A stretch of 64,000 bases of DNA, from contig OZ199840.1 in assembly GCA_964304625.1 (NCBI GenBank), forward strand, positions 10,751,844 through 10,815,843, given 5' to 3'. How positions within the stretch are numbered: position 1 is the stretch's first letter; each line of letters starts with the position of its first letter. A program made the translations under genes and the position numbers. Origin of the DNA: Kudoa neothunni. Its lineage: Eukaryota > Animalia > Cnidaria. Under the pieces are notes generated by a model. That model was not told the DNA's origin. It did not search any database and worked only from the letters and a program-made list of their open reading frames with translations. Below, one piece after another: positions 1 through 13,250 of this stretch.

Positions 1-319
1 GTATTGGGTAGAATAACCATATTTATTTTTTTAATAGTGGAGAGAATTAAAATTAATCGAAATTTTAAAAAGATATCACGATCGTCGACAATGCGCTGTT
101 TTCTGACCCTTGGATGATTGTTATTTAATCAATTGTTCTTATTATTCTGAGATCGTATTTGGATATTTTACCCCAAAATGATTTTATTAATGGTATACCT
201 TTTTATACAGTTAACCAATACCCAATAGATTCCAGTTATTCTTCTAATATAATTTTTACTTTGATTTGATGAAAAATGTGATTCGAGAAATTATTGTACA
301 AGTTTTAATTTGTATTTTA

Positions 320-1285
320 TCTTGTAATGGTCTTCGGGGTAAAATTTATCCCATGTTTTTTTTGGTTGAAAATATTTCAAAAAATGTATACAATTTTGAA
401 TTCAAATATAATGAAATTCATTTGAGTAGTTTTTATATAAAGTAAGAAAATGTTCAATAAATAAAGTAAAACGCACGCGCAGCTTATCCGATGATGTGTG
501 ATGCCAGCGATTTATTCGAAGAATTTTGTTTATCCGAGAATGAATACCACGTTGTTGAGGAAAATTTCTTCTTTTAGATGTTTTTCGCTGAAAAATTGTT
601 AAAATAAATTGATCGTAGAAACATTACAGGGGAAAAAGTGATACCACCTTGCCTCCGATTATCACTAAAAAGAGCCCGTTGAGACCGCATTTTTGTTTTC
701 CATAAAAAATATTTGTTGGTATCTTATGTTTCCAGTAAAACAAAATGCGTGATTTTCTTAAAGAAATCGCTGAAAAATTATACAAACATTGTTGACAATA
801 AATTCGACAATCTAAACAGGTTCTAGCATTGTTTATGCTTCCCAACAGGAACTTATTCTTAATGTAAAACGAGCAACAGGTGGATACAGTGGGAGGAAAA
901 ATGATAAAAATTCTTCTAAATGGCGCGAATATTGGTATAAATTTTATTGTCCATTTGAGGGGTTTAACATTTTTTTTAATTTCTCGTAACTTTTAATAAT
1001 TCTTATTATGTTTTTTCTTAATATTTCAACTGGCGCCACACGTTGAATTCCGATGCATTAACGCAATTATTTTTTAAACGAAACATCGATGTGTACCGAC
1101 ATAAGGCGGATCGTAAACGAAGCTGATTATCGCGTGGATTACGTCAGAATTTAATATACATTTGCCAGTGTTTTATCCATAGGAATTAAAAATTATTCTA
1201 CGAAATTGATTATTAGATTTTTTAAATTGCTATAATTCAAAAAAAAATGTGAGGTAAAATTTACCCCAAAGTCAAATACACGTTC
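320..1285. mobile_element. Degenerate TIR-bounded non-autonomous element (piggyBac-like ends)
   Basis: GTCTTCGGGGTAAAATTTATCCCATGTTTTTTT (~330-362) is an imperfect inverted repeat of AAAAAAATGTGAGGTAAAATTTACCCCAAAGTC (~1241-1273). No recognisable intact ORF inside; boundaries approximate. Confidence 0.35.
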
Positions 1286-2127
1286 ATCGTTTTTGGGTTC
1301 ATTAGATTAGACACTTTCATAATAATAAGTAATATTGTACTTTTCGGTAATAGGTATAGTTGTAGGGATTTTTTGGTATTAAATCTTAACTAAATAATAT
1401 ACAAGAAGTACCTGAAAAAGTGCGTGAAACTGACCAATCTGCGACTTTTAGTTACATTATTTTGCAACTTTCAACAATATTTTTTATAAAATTTTGATTG
1501 CAACATTATGAGAAACATATTACATAAACAACCAACAATCAATATTCTAACTAAATAGGTTTTTAAAAAGTGCGTGAAATTGGTTACTTACTGTATTTTA
1601 TTTTCGGTTATTTTAATCTGAGGGATTAATTTAAGTATATTTCAGTAAGTTTATGCTTAATAGTAGAGGAAATAATTGTAGATTTAGATGAAAAAATGTC
1701 TATTATTTTTGATTTAGTCATATTTTTATTGCTAAGACAGAACGAAGAACCAAAAATATCAAAAATTGAACGAGCTCTTCAAAGTATAACTTAATCTTGG
1801 ATATATATAGCTAGGTATGCCGAAATTCCAGGATTTTCTAAAAATTGCAAATATGGAGACTTTCCCTCTATATGGGAACCAGAATTCGTAGTAAACTAAT
1901 ATATGAAAAATTATTTTCTTGATATACTTTAAAATCATCTTGAGTGAGAAGTTTCAAATTTTGTCTGGATGCATGCATTGTAAATAATTCGCACTGGCTA
2001 TAATAGGCACGGAAGTTTTTAATCCCGGAAACTTCTATTTATAAATGTTCTATAAAGATTATTTTTTAGAATCTGTTGTATTTAATTATTTTTGCCCATC
2101 GCTACCGCCCCTAGGTGCCAGAAATAA

Positions 2128-2906
2128 TTAACCCTATAAGGTACATAAAAACGATTACACCTCAAATTTTTATTTTACAATAAGTAATAAAAAAATATTT
2201 CAAAATGCCATACAAATTTTAGGAAATTTCGACCGACAGAATTTTGAGTAAAATGTAATTCATCCTACAAAAATCTACTCGGTAGGATTATATAACGTTT
2301 CGTAAATCTTCGTTTAAATACATCAACAATCTTTCATACTATAGAGAAAGAAAAAAACAAAAAATTTTTGAATATCAAAGCCAATAGATTTGTATTTTGA
2401 ACACTGATTATATTTACTCGAATAACGAAATCGACCAGAATATCCTTACAACTGATGCATCGAGTGTTTCTTATTTATCATTTGACGCGTAAAAATTTGC
2501 AGAATACTTTCTTAAAGTTTGATTCTATTATTTCAATTTCTTAGGAAAAATATGAATGGCGTGTTTCAGTTACTTTCGAATCCTTTGATTGTTAACAAAT
2601 AATGGTTGATAGAAACATAATAAATATTATACTGTTTAATTCTAAACATCCTATATTGATTAAAAATCTAAGAATTTGCATTCTAAACATGCAACATCTA
2701 TCATGCTTGAATTTATAGTTCAATAAGCTTGTACGAAGTGTTATAATAGTTTGTCAAAATGACTTCGGGCGGATTAACTGGCGCAATGAATCATCTTTTT
2801 CTCAAAATTTCCTAAAATTTGTATGGGATTTTTAAATATATTTTTATTACCTATCGTAAAATAAAAACCTTGGGTCCAAAAGACCTTAAGTTCGTTAGAG
2901 GGTTAA
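2128..2906. mobile_element. piggyBac-type MITE with TTAA target sites
   Basis: Ends are TTAA-CCCT (2128-2135) and AGGG-TTAA (2899-2906). Sub-terminal inverted repeats at 2171-2232 and 2802-2869 share the core CCATACAAATTTTAGGAAATTT. Confidence 0.7.
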
Positions 2907-4401
2907 ACACAGTCAAAACTATACCTACCTGGATATTATGACCAGTGTCAATAGACATTTCCTAAATTTAGCTAAAATTTCTAAATCGATTAATTATAAA
3001 TACCAAGAAATAATTTGAATTCCTAATTAAAAATAATATTACTGCAGTATATATTTATCTACACATAAAAACTGATAAATATTTAATGTGCCTGGATAGG
3101 TGAGAATCTGTGCATTATTCTTTTGGAATGTCTGATATTATTATTATTATTATTTCGATTCAGAGCGTTTATAAAATACACCATCAAAAACGATACCAGA
3201 TTTTATGCTATCTAAACGATCAGCTATAGTTGAAATGAAATGTTGTCATGTTAATAAATATATTCAAATCCGTCACAGATGTTAATATATTCGTCAAATT
3301 AACCAATTAACATATTTATTATTAATATAAAAATTATTATAAAATATTCTACATTTGTATTACTATCTAGATTCTAGAATAATCAAAACTAATAATATTA
3401 AAATGGACACTTTGAATATATACGCACGCACGCACGTGCAAATAATTTAAATTATTTTCCATAGAGTGACCGACTTTTCACTAAATTTTCCACCAAATTT
3501 TAAAACCTGTGTAAAATACACAATGAAAATATTTGAAATAAAATGAGTTCCATTTTACTTGGAATATGCTCGAATTTGAAAGTACTCAGAAAATTAGTCA
3601 CTGCATCCTGTCCAAAAATCACCAAAATATTTCCACATTATAAAATATTCTCCGTTGAATTATATATTTTATAAAACTCAATTGTTATTTATTACCTGTT
3701 GGAAAATAAAAACAGAAACAAAACCTGGAGTATTACATTAGGATTTAATTGAAACCTAATATTCAATAATTCATTATGAGAGATTTGATTAATAGAAAAT
3801 ATCAAGAAAATAGCTGTAAAATCTTTGACAAATATCCCAAATCTCTCCGAAAACCAACGACAACCGACGACAACATCGATAAATGATGAGAGCGAATTTG
3901 TTAAGAATATAATTTTTATTCTCCTACAACTAGAAACTATCATATTCTATAAAAATGCGTCATTAGATCTTAAATAATTAAACTAATAAAGAGGACGATT
4001 CATTGTAAGCCTAACTTTAGTTAACAATAACAATCAAATAATCAGTTAATATTGGTCTCAAACACCTATAATGATTGAAAATATCGCACATATGAAATAT
4101 CGTAGTTATATTGTTCCTTGGGGTCGATGATACTTAACTTTTGCGGGTTGGATTAGCGTCATTATGTGCTCCATAATACTTAGTGTTTATCTAAGGATTA
4201 GAAAATCGACCAAACTACTGATTAGTTCAAATTTGGTCAATAAAAATTTATCACGCCTTAACAAAAACATAGCTACTGGTTATTGTTGTGTTTAATCAAT
4301 ATTAGGATTTGGTTTCAATACCCATAGACGGACATTGACCCATTCTTATAGCACGTGACCACCCTTAAACATCTATTGGGTTCCACACTCTAAACTACCA
4401 A

Positions 4402-5950
4402 ATGTGCGACAACACAACAATAGTGTTTAGAAACCATGGCTTGAAATGGAACACCAGTTCGGATGGTAACTTCTGTTCTAATTGTTATCACAATGATATA
4501 CTGTAACTGTAACAGTTGAGGAAATTGTGCGAAAGATAGTCAGCTGCTCACAATTGACATCGCTGACGTTGACAGGCAGCAGTTTAGGTGTCGAGGCAGC
4601 CGAAGCAATAGCCAAAGTGCTCACTAACAAATCATCACTGAGAGTAATCGATCATTCAACCGACAATGTTTGGCTCTTGTTTGTCACAACTTTGTTGTTT
4701 TATTTAGCATTTATACATGAATGATTTGTTCACCGGTAGAGACAAACACGAAATACCAAGTGCTCTGGTAGATAAATAAAATTTCATTTCTAGAATGCGC
4801 GTTTCTAATAACTCCTATTCATGTGATAGGAGCACATTTTCGACGCTATTGTCCAATCGAAAGCTGCTATTGAAACTTTGGATCTAAGTGATAATGCACT
4901 AGGACCTCATGGAATGAAAGTGGTGAAAAGATTTCTACCTTCAATAGCCATCCATCTCAAGATTCTTATACTTAACAACAATGGTTTGGGATCTCTTGGA
5001 AGCGAGGTATGCTCACTATTGTTTGTTGTCTTCTAACTCAATGGATGAAGTTATTATCGAATGCATTGGTTGAAGCTACCAACAACAACTCCAATGGTGA
5101 TCGTCCGTTGCAACTTGTGGAGTTGTATTGTGGTAGAAATAGACTGGAAGATGAAGGTGCCAAAAACATCAGCAAAATATTGAAGGTATCTTGTGGGTGT
5201 GTGAGAATGCCATTAGACAGTGAATGGTATGGTTAGAGTGTATCAACGTTGAAAGTTTTGAAGATGCCTCACAATGGCATCCAACACAAGGGTATTGGCG
5301 AGTTGTGTCAATCCCTTACCAACAATCCTCTGTTGGAAGTATGTTGTGTTATTTTGTTGGTGGATGGAGATAGGATCTATTTTATTGATTGTGTGTAGTG
5401 TTTGGATCTCAATGACAATATAATCACTGAAAAGGGTGCCAAATTTTTGGCCGACTCTATGCATACATTACATCATCTCATGGAACTGGATTTGGGGGAT
5501 TGTCTACTGCGTGATGGTGGTGGTGTTCACCTTTCATCAGCTCTCCAATCCACCAAATCTCCCCTCACAGTAACCACAGTTATTTATTGTTATTCAGCGT
5601 TAACGAATTATCCAGAAAATTAATATCACCTACAATGAACTGAGTGGTGACACTTTGAAGTCAATTGTGAATTCATTGGCGGAAAAAACCACAAAACTTT
5701 CGTTATTCCTTGATGGTAGGTAGCTACACTTAGTGGACGAAACTTATTTCTCTCTCCGATAGGTAATATGATTGGGAAACGAGGAAGGTCTGCAATTTTG
5801 GATCTACTTAAAACTCAACAATCTATCACTTACGATGGCATTGAAAATGATGAGTCTACCGATGATGAGGAATTCTTCTCTGGTGTAGAAAGTGAAGATA
5901 AAACAGACGAATCCTTGGCGTCAGAATTCCGTAAAATGGGAATTAGTTAG
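4402..5950 (+). CDS. RANGAP1: Ran GTPase-activating protein (LRR domain plus short acidic tail), 9 exons, 374 aa
   Basis: Manual splicing with GT-AG introns 4466-4515, 4644-4707, 4768-4829, 5007-5050, 5186-5236, 5339-5398, 5570-5615 and 5716-5762 gives an open 375-codon frame. RanGAP motifs present: GVEAAEAIA, NDLFTGR, LDLSDNALGP, GRNRLEDEGA, MPHNGI, LNDNIITEKGA, GDCLLR. Confidence 0.93.
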
Positions 5951-7900
5951 TTTTCCATGTTAACTTCAAATAGGTTATGTTTTTGATTCTGTACTGTGTG
6001 TATTTTAATCTGAATATCAATCTTTATCTTGATTATACCTTGTGTCTGTTAAATCACACAAATAAATGTCAAAATGATTATCCAGCTGTTGGTTTAATTA
6101 TTCTTTGATTTTGATTAGTAACGTTGGAATTAGATATGATGTTCTAACAAGATAATATCCTTAGTTTTCCTCACAGATCGGATTAACTTATTTTATGACC
6201 TTGCACTCTCAGAATCAATTAAACCCTCTTTTTATTGTTAACACAAATAGAACTGTAAATTATTTCTCTTTGTCGATATAGAAAGCGATTATAACCGATT
6301 TTATTCCAATGATAATCATTATCATTGTATAATTTTTATGGCGTTTCCATATGTTAATAAACCGTATTATGTGAATACATGACGGAAAAATGTTTAAAAA
6401 ATTGACGGTGATAATAACTGTTGACTTATGTTATGTTATGTAATGGAAATAAATTTATGAATTTTTTTTTAAATAGGATGATTCTTGGCTCATAAATTTT
6501 ATGATAAATAGATCATAGAAATATTCATTAGAATTATACATAGTAACTTATGGGTCGTACGTAATATCGTAGAAAACATAATTTAATCAATATTTAGAAA
6601 ATTAAACTTCCATCCCGTAAACTTAATAATATTAATAGCATATTATCTAAATTTGACTCCAGAAAAATTAAATTATCAATAGTTTTTATGAATTTCGTAT
6701 GTCGTGCTAAATTATGGATTGTGTGTAATAATTTTATTCCTAACTACTTAGATTATGGCATGTGCGGATAGATTTTTAATTCATTCTCAAAATTTGAATT
6801 AATGAAATATTTTCAAAAGGTAGCGGGTAAATAAACCGCTAAATTTGAAACAATAAAGATCTTTGATGTAAAACCAACATCTACCTTGAGTACTATTATA
6901 AGCATACAGATTAGTTGCTTTAAAATTGTAACGATGGTTTATTTCCAAATTAAGTAAAACTCTCACAGGAAAAAAATATGGAAATTGATCTACAAGTGAA
7001 AGAGTGGATTGAACTGGTAAGTGCAAAAAAGACACGTGGTTCTCGTTAAGTTTTTATCAGCACGGCTAGTGAATTCCTCATGATTCCCCGCCATCAATAC
7101 CCGTATCTACTAATTGGTTTATGGCTTTATCCAAAAATTTAACATTTCGCATAGTACTTTTTGGTGAATTTTCAAATATTAAACTTGATAAGTGTGAGGG
7201 TTGGTCAAAATATAACCTAATTTATTAATTTTCTTGTTTGTTTTCGCGTATACAAAGTTGTGTCGTGAGTAATGATTTTGATTTCCTTTTGAGTACGCAA
7301 CACCCATAAGTCACTGTCACTGTCACTGTCACTGTATTTAATATCTTTTTTATTAAAAATAATTTGCCAATTTTAAGTCCGTCGAATGTGAAACTCAACA
7401 ATTCGATAATAAAAAACATTTTTTTCATGTTTCAGTACGTTATTGCAGATATAAATGGATATTTAAAATGTTGAGTTGTTTTAGTCGTTAATGTCTCTAA
7501 ATTCCATCTCATTATATGATTGTATGAATACCAGACTTTATATTTTACAATTTTAGATAAATAAATAAATAAATTTTTATCACAAATATAAGAGATAAAA
7601 TATAACGTTAATTTTTATTATATTTTTTGAGTGCAGTTCATTAGTTGTGAAATGTTATTTTTTACTTAATTGCTATGGAAACAGCGAATTGATTTATAGT
7701 ATTCATTTTTTGAATGCTATCAAACAGTTTTTATTATATCATTAGTATTACAATGCAGTCTCGCACTTCGACCATAATCCGCTCTAGAAGTGTGTTCAAA
7801 TTTCGAACCAATTTTTCCCATGTAAAATAATGAAAATTAGTCTAATCCAAACCGCTCATCAAATAAATATTAAATATAATAATAAAAATGAGATATACGA

Positions 7901-8104
7901 TGTAACACACGCTCCGAATAGGGATTCGAGATCGCATTATTAGCATTAAAAGGCGGTGGTGCCATGCCGCTCTGCTCTCGATCACGCATACGATTGGTTG
8001 ATTACAACCCTTGTTATCCATACGTTATGTGTTATGTAGGATAAATATTTTTTGCTCGATATACGATAGGTTATAAAGGATTTCCTTTCGGTGACGTTGT
8101 CACA
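7901..8104 (-). repeat. 204-bp TG...CA-bounded dispersed repeat (solo-LTR-like) with a decayed tRNA-like segment; partial second copy at ~16370-16521
   Basis: Termini are TGTAAC...GTCACA. The minus strand contains CCGCCTTTTAATGC...TCGAATCCC, resembling an anticodon loop and T-loop. The similar copy at 16370-16521 begins GCATTATTAGCATTAAAAGGCGG. Confidence 0.5.
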
Positions 8105-8831
8105 GTTTGATTGAGCGAATCTCCTTCTAGAATCTCTTTTCTCCTCCGTTTTTTGCTTCAACTGGATTTGTCCTGTATACCCCTTCTATGCATTCGAACT
8201 CAAGTGTTTCTGACTACAAATTTTTGGTCGAACTGTATTGTGAAAAATTCATTAAAATATTGGTATTTGGATATTTATTACATTATAGGTTTAATAGGAT
8301 TTTGGGAATAAAATATTTTTTCTATTTAATCTAAAATTTTGTTAAGAAATAGAAATAGTTTTTTAGGATTTCCTTATTTCAAGTTTTTTTATTGTTCTCT
8401 TCAATCTAATATTATTCCATTTAAATTGAAATAAATTGATAATTTTTGAATTCAGAAAACAACTTAAAAATTAGTAAATTAATAATTTATTAATAATAAA
8501 TTATGCACGTTACTTTTCTATCGCTTTATAAATCTTCTCAAAAATATAATCGAAATGGATGAATATCAAAAATGGGAACAAAGTAAAACACACCCAATGT
8601 TTTGTAGTTTAAATGTCAATCATATGAATTTTTAATTTTTTAAAAATAGGACTATGAAACTTTGTACTAAAGTAACGGAATAAAGTATTTATAGCATAAA
8701 ATAATAGTTGATTTTTAAATATAATTGTTTGTTAAGGAGACGATGATAATTGTGTAATATAATAGGAACAAAATTCAAATCCTAAACACATTTTTGCACA
8801 TGCGCGCACTTATATTAACATTTAAAGGTGG

Positions 8832-9257
8832 ATGATTGGTTGGCTTGGAAATCTCACAAAAATATTAATACCTTCGTTAGTGAAAACTAACAATACTACT
8901 TTTTCGAAACACCTTCCAAATCTTTATCGTACACAAGTGTCTATCCAAAGAAAAATGCGCATTAACAGCACATTCTTCTTGGACAGAATGAAAAAGAGGC
9001 CTGACAAAGTGATAAAAACGCCATTTCGTAAAGGAATTGTCGTCAAGTTAATAAAAATGCGCCCCAAAAAACCAAATTCTGGTAATAGGCGTTGTGTGGT
9101 GGTGAGACTGAGTGACAACCAACTTGTGAAGGCCTACATTCCTGGTGAGAATGGTCAGGTGCAGGAACATGGCATGGTGCTAATTTATCCTCGTGTTAAA
9201 CAAGATGTTCCTGGTTTAAAATATCGAGTTGTTCGACACAAGTTGGATATGAAATAA
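8832..9257 (+). CDS. MRPS12: Mitochondrial ribosomal protein S12 (uS12m), intronless, 141 aa
   Basis: Bacterial-type S12 motifs PKKPNSGNR, AYIPGE, QEH and QDVPG follow a basic, acid-poor N-terminal extension typical of a mitochondrial presequence. Confidence 0.9.
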   Translation: MIGWLGNLTKILIPSLVKTNNTTFSKHLPNLYRTQVSIQRKMRINSTFFLDRMKKRPDKVIKTPFRKGIVVKLIKMRPKKPNSGNRRCVVVRLSDNQLVKAYIPGENGQVQEHGMVLIYPRVKQDVPGLKYRVVRHKLDMK

Positions 9258-10567
9258 TTTTGTATTTTTCATTTGTTTTATTTTTTGTCATCACGCTAAC
9301 TTTATTATGCTAAGAATTACAAATAATTTTTTGGGGGTAATATTTTAATTAAATTCTTAAAAATATATGATAATCTTTTGAGTTGGTGAATTTAGGTTAG
9401 TAGGTGTTTATTAAAATTGAAGTAATTGAGTTCTAGATCAAGTAATAAGGTTGGATTAAGAATCTCAAAACAACCTTTGAGTGTCATTTTTTACCTTTTC
9501 TTAAGCAAGTTTTCATAATTAAATGAAAGAATATCTAAAGCAAGGATTTGGCTAATTTTTATAACTTCAAATTTTGCAAGTGCCGAATCCCGAATACAAC
9601 ATCATCGGCACTTGCAAAATCTTCGTTAAGTTTCGAAAACTCACTCTATTATTCCTACATTGATTTCTAAATTAATTATATGTCTTAAAAACATTTTTAA
9701 TAATAATAAATTATCTTCTATATCATTATCTTCTATATCTATTATAAAGTTTTTACAAAGCTATTTCTATCAATTAATACATTTTTTAGTTTATATATTT
9801 TTTAGGTGACAATTTATTTGCATTAAAAGGAGTTAGAATCATTTTATCATTAGATTTTTATAGTAACCAAATGATAAGCTGTCTAATTTTATTATCAATT
9901 AATTTTTCGATACTTATTTTTTGAAAAATCTAAATTCGACAAATAAAAAGATGCATTTAACTAAAATAGTGCATGGTAGACTTTATGTGTTTATCCTCAT
10001 GTTTGTTGATAAGTATGGCTTGGAAAAATTTATATTTAATCTAATCTAATATGTTCACAATTAAGTATTATATTTTAAGGTTTCTATTTTATTAACTATG
10101 TAAAAAAACGTATATAAACTTATACAGGTTAATTGAATGGATTGTAGTACTTTTGGAGTTGTTTTGAGAGATTCTTCAATATAAGTATTTTCGACACCGA
10201 GTTGAGTTACATTGGGCTATTGACGCTAGTTTCCTTATATAGTAGGTATAAATGCACATTGTTTTAGTTAATCGCCCGAAATGCCTCCCTCAGTATTGAA
10301 ATTTCGAACGTTCAACAGTCTCGACACTCCCATTTTTAAACCTCTATTCGAGATGTTTTCCTGGAATATTGACGATGTGAAAAAAAGTTTAGATAATGGT
10401 GCTCTCTACTCTTGGAAGATGTCTAACATTAAGACCAAAGAATGAGATAATTTTCCATCCATATTTACCAAAGATGGAGACGAAATATCCCAACTCAACT
10501 TTATTATTTTCATGAAATGCAATTGGTCGTCTAGATTTAAATCTATGATTAACAATCATCAACCAGA

Positions 10568-10667
10568 ATATATTTCACATATATTTATTTCACATATATT
10601 TCACATATATTTATTTCACATATATTTCACATATATTTATTTCACATATATTTCACATATATTTCAC
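10568..10667. repeat. AT-rich minisatellite (ATATTTCACAT and ATATTTATTTCACAT units)
   Basis: Directly visible tandem units. It explains the spurious ISHIF repeats in ORF 10512..10742. Confidence 0.9.
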
Positions 10668-12353
10668 TGCAAGTCCAAATTTACATCATTATTAAAATCT
10701 ACTCTCGTTAAGCTATATTTTTCGAGGTTTTTAATAAAATAAACACACAATTCAAACATTTTATGAAGTATAAAACTCATAATAATTAAGTCCCTATGAA
10801 ACAGTAACATTTGTTACGTAGTAACAAGCACTAGAATTTTCTATTAATAGAAAATCCCCACTATTTTGTCATTTAAAATTGTCTACATCACGCATTACAT
10901 TTTCCATCACATTCCCGATTTTTAGAAATTGTGATAATAAATTAATATGTTCTAGAATCAACTAGATCGATTTGAATATAATTATATAATTCGAATTGAG
11001 AAAAATTATTAAGAATACAGTTTCGTAGTATGAATAGCATCGAATATTTGTTATTATTTTCTTAAGGATTGGTTTATTACTAGTATAAAATTTGCGGAGT
11101 CATAATTTCGATATATCTCAAAAATTGAACCTCCCCACACAAATCCATGAGTATGATTTCGTTCGTGTTTCATGTCAAAATTTAGGCATGATATTTAATT
11201 CATGAAAACACGAACACGAACACGAACGAATACAAGAAGGCGCGCCGTCGATTAAGACTTGATTAAGATTTGATTAAAATTGTAAAATACTGTTTTTTAA
11301 TTAATTATCCGATGATATGCAGAGATTATTGAGTAAGTAATTGCATTACGGATAAAATCGGCCGTCTGATAAGGTACGTAATTCGTTGCAACCATAGCTG
11401 GGCGTAATACTCTGAGTAGCATAGCAATAATCTGTCACTATCGACATTAACGATCACCTTAGTTTAATTAAAATGTGTAGGGTCGACAAGATTTTGAAAT
11501 AATAATTCTTGTTTACTTGCTTTTTAATAGTTTTACGGTGATAATCCTGGTCAAAATTCGACAAAAAAATAATTTATTTTCGTACACTAAGCTACAAATG
11601 TTAACAAATCTACTCAATTTAGTTTCTTGGATATTAAAACCAAAATTTTGACACTGTATTAACATATAAAGCCCAGCAAATGCGCTTAAGATAACTTAAA
11701 TTACATAGAAACAAAAAATCTTAATAAAGTTATAATATTAAGTCGAATATAAATTATCACAGATGGACTTGACTTTTTGGGGGTCTAGACTTTTGAATGA
11801 AAAACCCCAAAAAGGCCAACGACAAACCAAAGTAGAACTCAGAAACTGCATCTTAATCTCTGTTTCCAGTCAAATAAATTTTTGTATTTCAGCTAATAAA
11901 AAATACAATTTACGTATTTTTATAACATTTCCAAACTCCTCTGCATTTTAATATGAAAAATACGCAACAAACACCACGATCAAACAAGTATCGGTAATCG
12001 GCTTTTTAGCGAGAATAAACGAATTAATCACAATGTTAACTTTCTTCAGTGTTCTAAGTTAACAGACTCTAGCAATCAATTATATGAACTTGTTTTTTTG
12101 TTGTAACTTTAAAAAATTAGGAACTCATTGAATTAAATCGGTTAGTAATAAATAGAGTGAGTTAATATGTGGAAAAATTCCACATCTAAAATCACAGTTA
12201 TTATGATGATATTTAATCTTCTACAGAATTCCACATAACTTTTACGATTTAAACTATTTTTATTCAATATTTATAAATTGACCTTATGATGCGCTATCAT
12301 CCAGTTGTCAGATTATACAGAACCACGACGTTTTAAGCATAGTAACTGACAGA

Positions 12354-13250
12354 ATGCTGGATGGCGATGGTTTTGTTTCGAAACCCAGTTATTTTAGAAT
12401 GCTCACACTTGTATGATATTATGGATTTTGTTTTTTTTTTTCGCTTGAAATTCAGCTGTAATATAATAGAAGCTGCGTATGCTGATTGACAGCACTATTC
12501 CGTATGCGAAAGAAAGATGGACCTTTTGTGCATTATTGGCATGTGTTTATGTGTTGCGAGTCATGATATGGCCCGTAATTTTGTTATTTACCTCCTCTCC
12601 GACACGAATACCAATTTCAACATAATAGGGCTTTTTTTGTTATCACTTATGTGTTGGGAATATTTGCATTGAATATGTTTATTGGATTCTTATCTCCAAA
12701 GATAACGCCCTGTATTTGCAGACGGTATATATTTTGTGTTTCGATGAGTGGTAACGGTGTGTTTAATTGATTGCCTAACTGGTTATGTTACCATATGACT
12801 GACTTATTTAATTACTAAATGAATAAATATATAAATTAGAGGGTGATTTACAATTACCAATAAGTGACGAAGAGTTCAGGACCATTCATAAGAAAATTAC
12901 CAGAATTTCACTTTTGGTTAATTTCTCATGTCTCCATTTTTTGGGGTGTTGTGATCTCGTTCGTTATTCTAGGTTGTCGCTCTGTATAGCAATAACGATT
13001 TCTCTAATATGTACATGTTTCTCTGTCTTTGATCTACCAGTGTATTGGCCGGGTACTTCTGTTCTACTTTGTAATACTATTTTTCCTTACAATGAGAGAA
13101 AGAATCGAAGTAAACAATCAGTTCTATGCTAGACGATGATTTGTTCTAATATGATTTCTCCACTTGTAGCACATGGTCAAATACAACTATCTTCCATTTA
13201 ATATGAACAAAAAACGCTATCACACCTCACTTGACGCTGGAGGAAACTAA
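12354..13250 (+). CDS. RER1: RER1 (Golgi-to-ER retrieval receptor), 6 exons; frame broken by four single-base insertions (assembly error or recent pseudogene)
   Basis: Exons give ...IDSTIPYAKERW...GFFVITYVLGIFALNMFIGFLSPK...EEFRPFIRKLPEFHFW...[37 protein letters not shown], the Rer1 signature. This requires removing one base at each of 12632-12638, 12708-12710, 12879-12881 and 13051-13053. Confidence 0.88.

Noticed and set aside
3692-3975. Short ORFs upstream of RanGAP
   Set aside because: No recognisable motifs or consistent splice structure.
6820-7080. MEIDLQVKEWIELV fragment resembling a Tigger HTH
   Set aside because: Too short and degraded, and no termini found; not listed as a feature.
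7907-7985. Possible tRNA-Lys gene
   Set aside because: The stems do not pair properly and it lies within a dispersed repeat, so it is treated as tRNA-derived only.
10568-10667. Repeat array considered as CRISPR-like
   Set aside because: No unique spacers and a eukaryotic context; it is a simple minisatellite.
10150-11700. Possible RT fragment and CCCAG-ended element
   Set aside because: Similarity too weak to support by eye.
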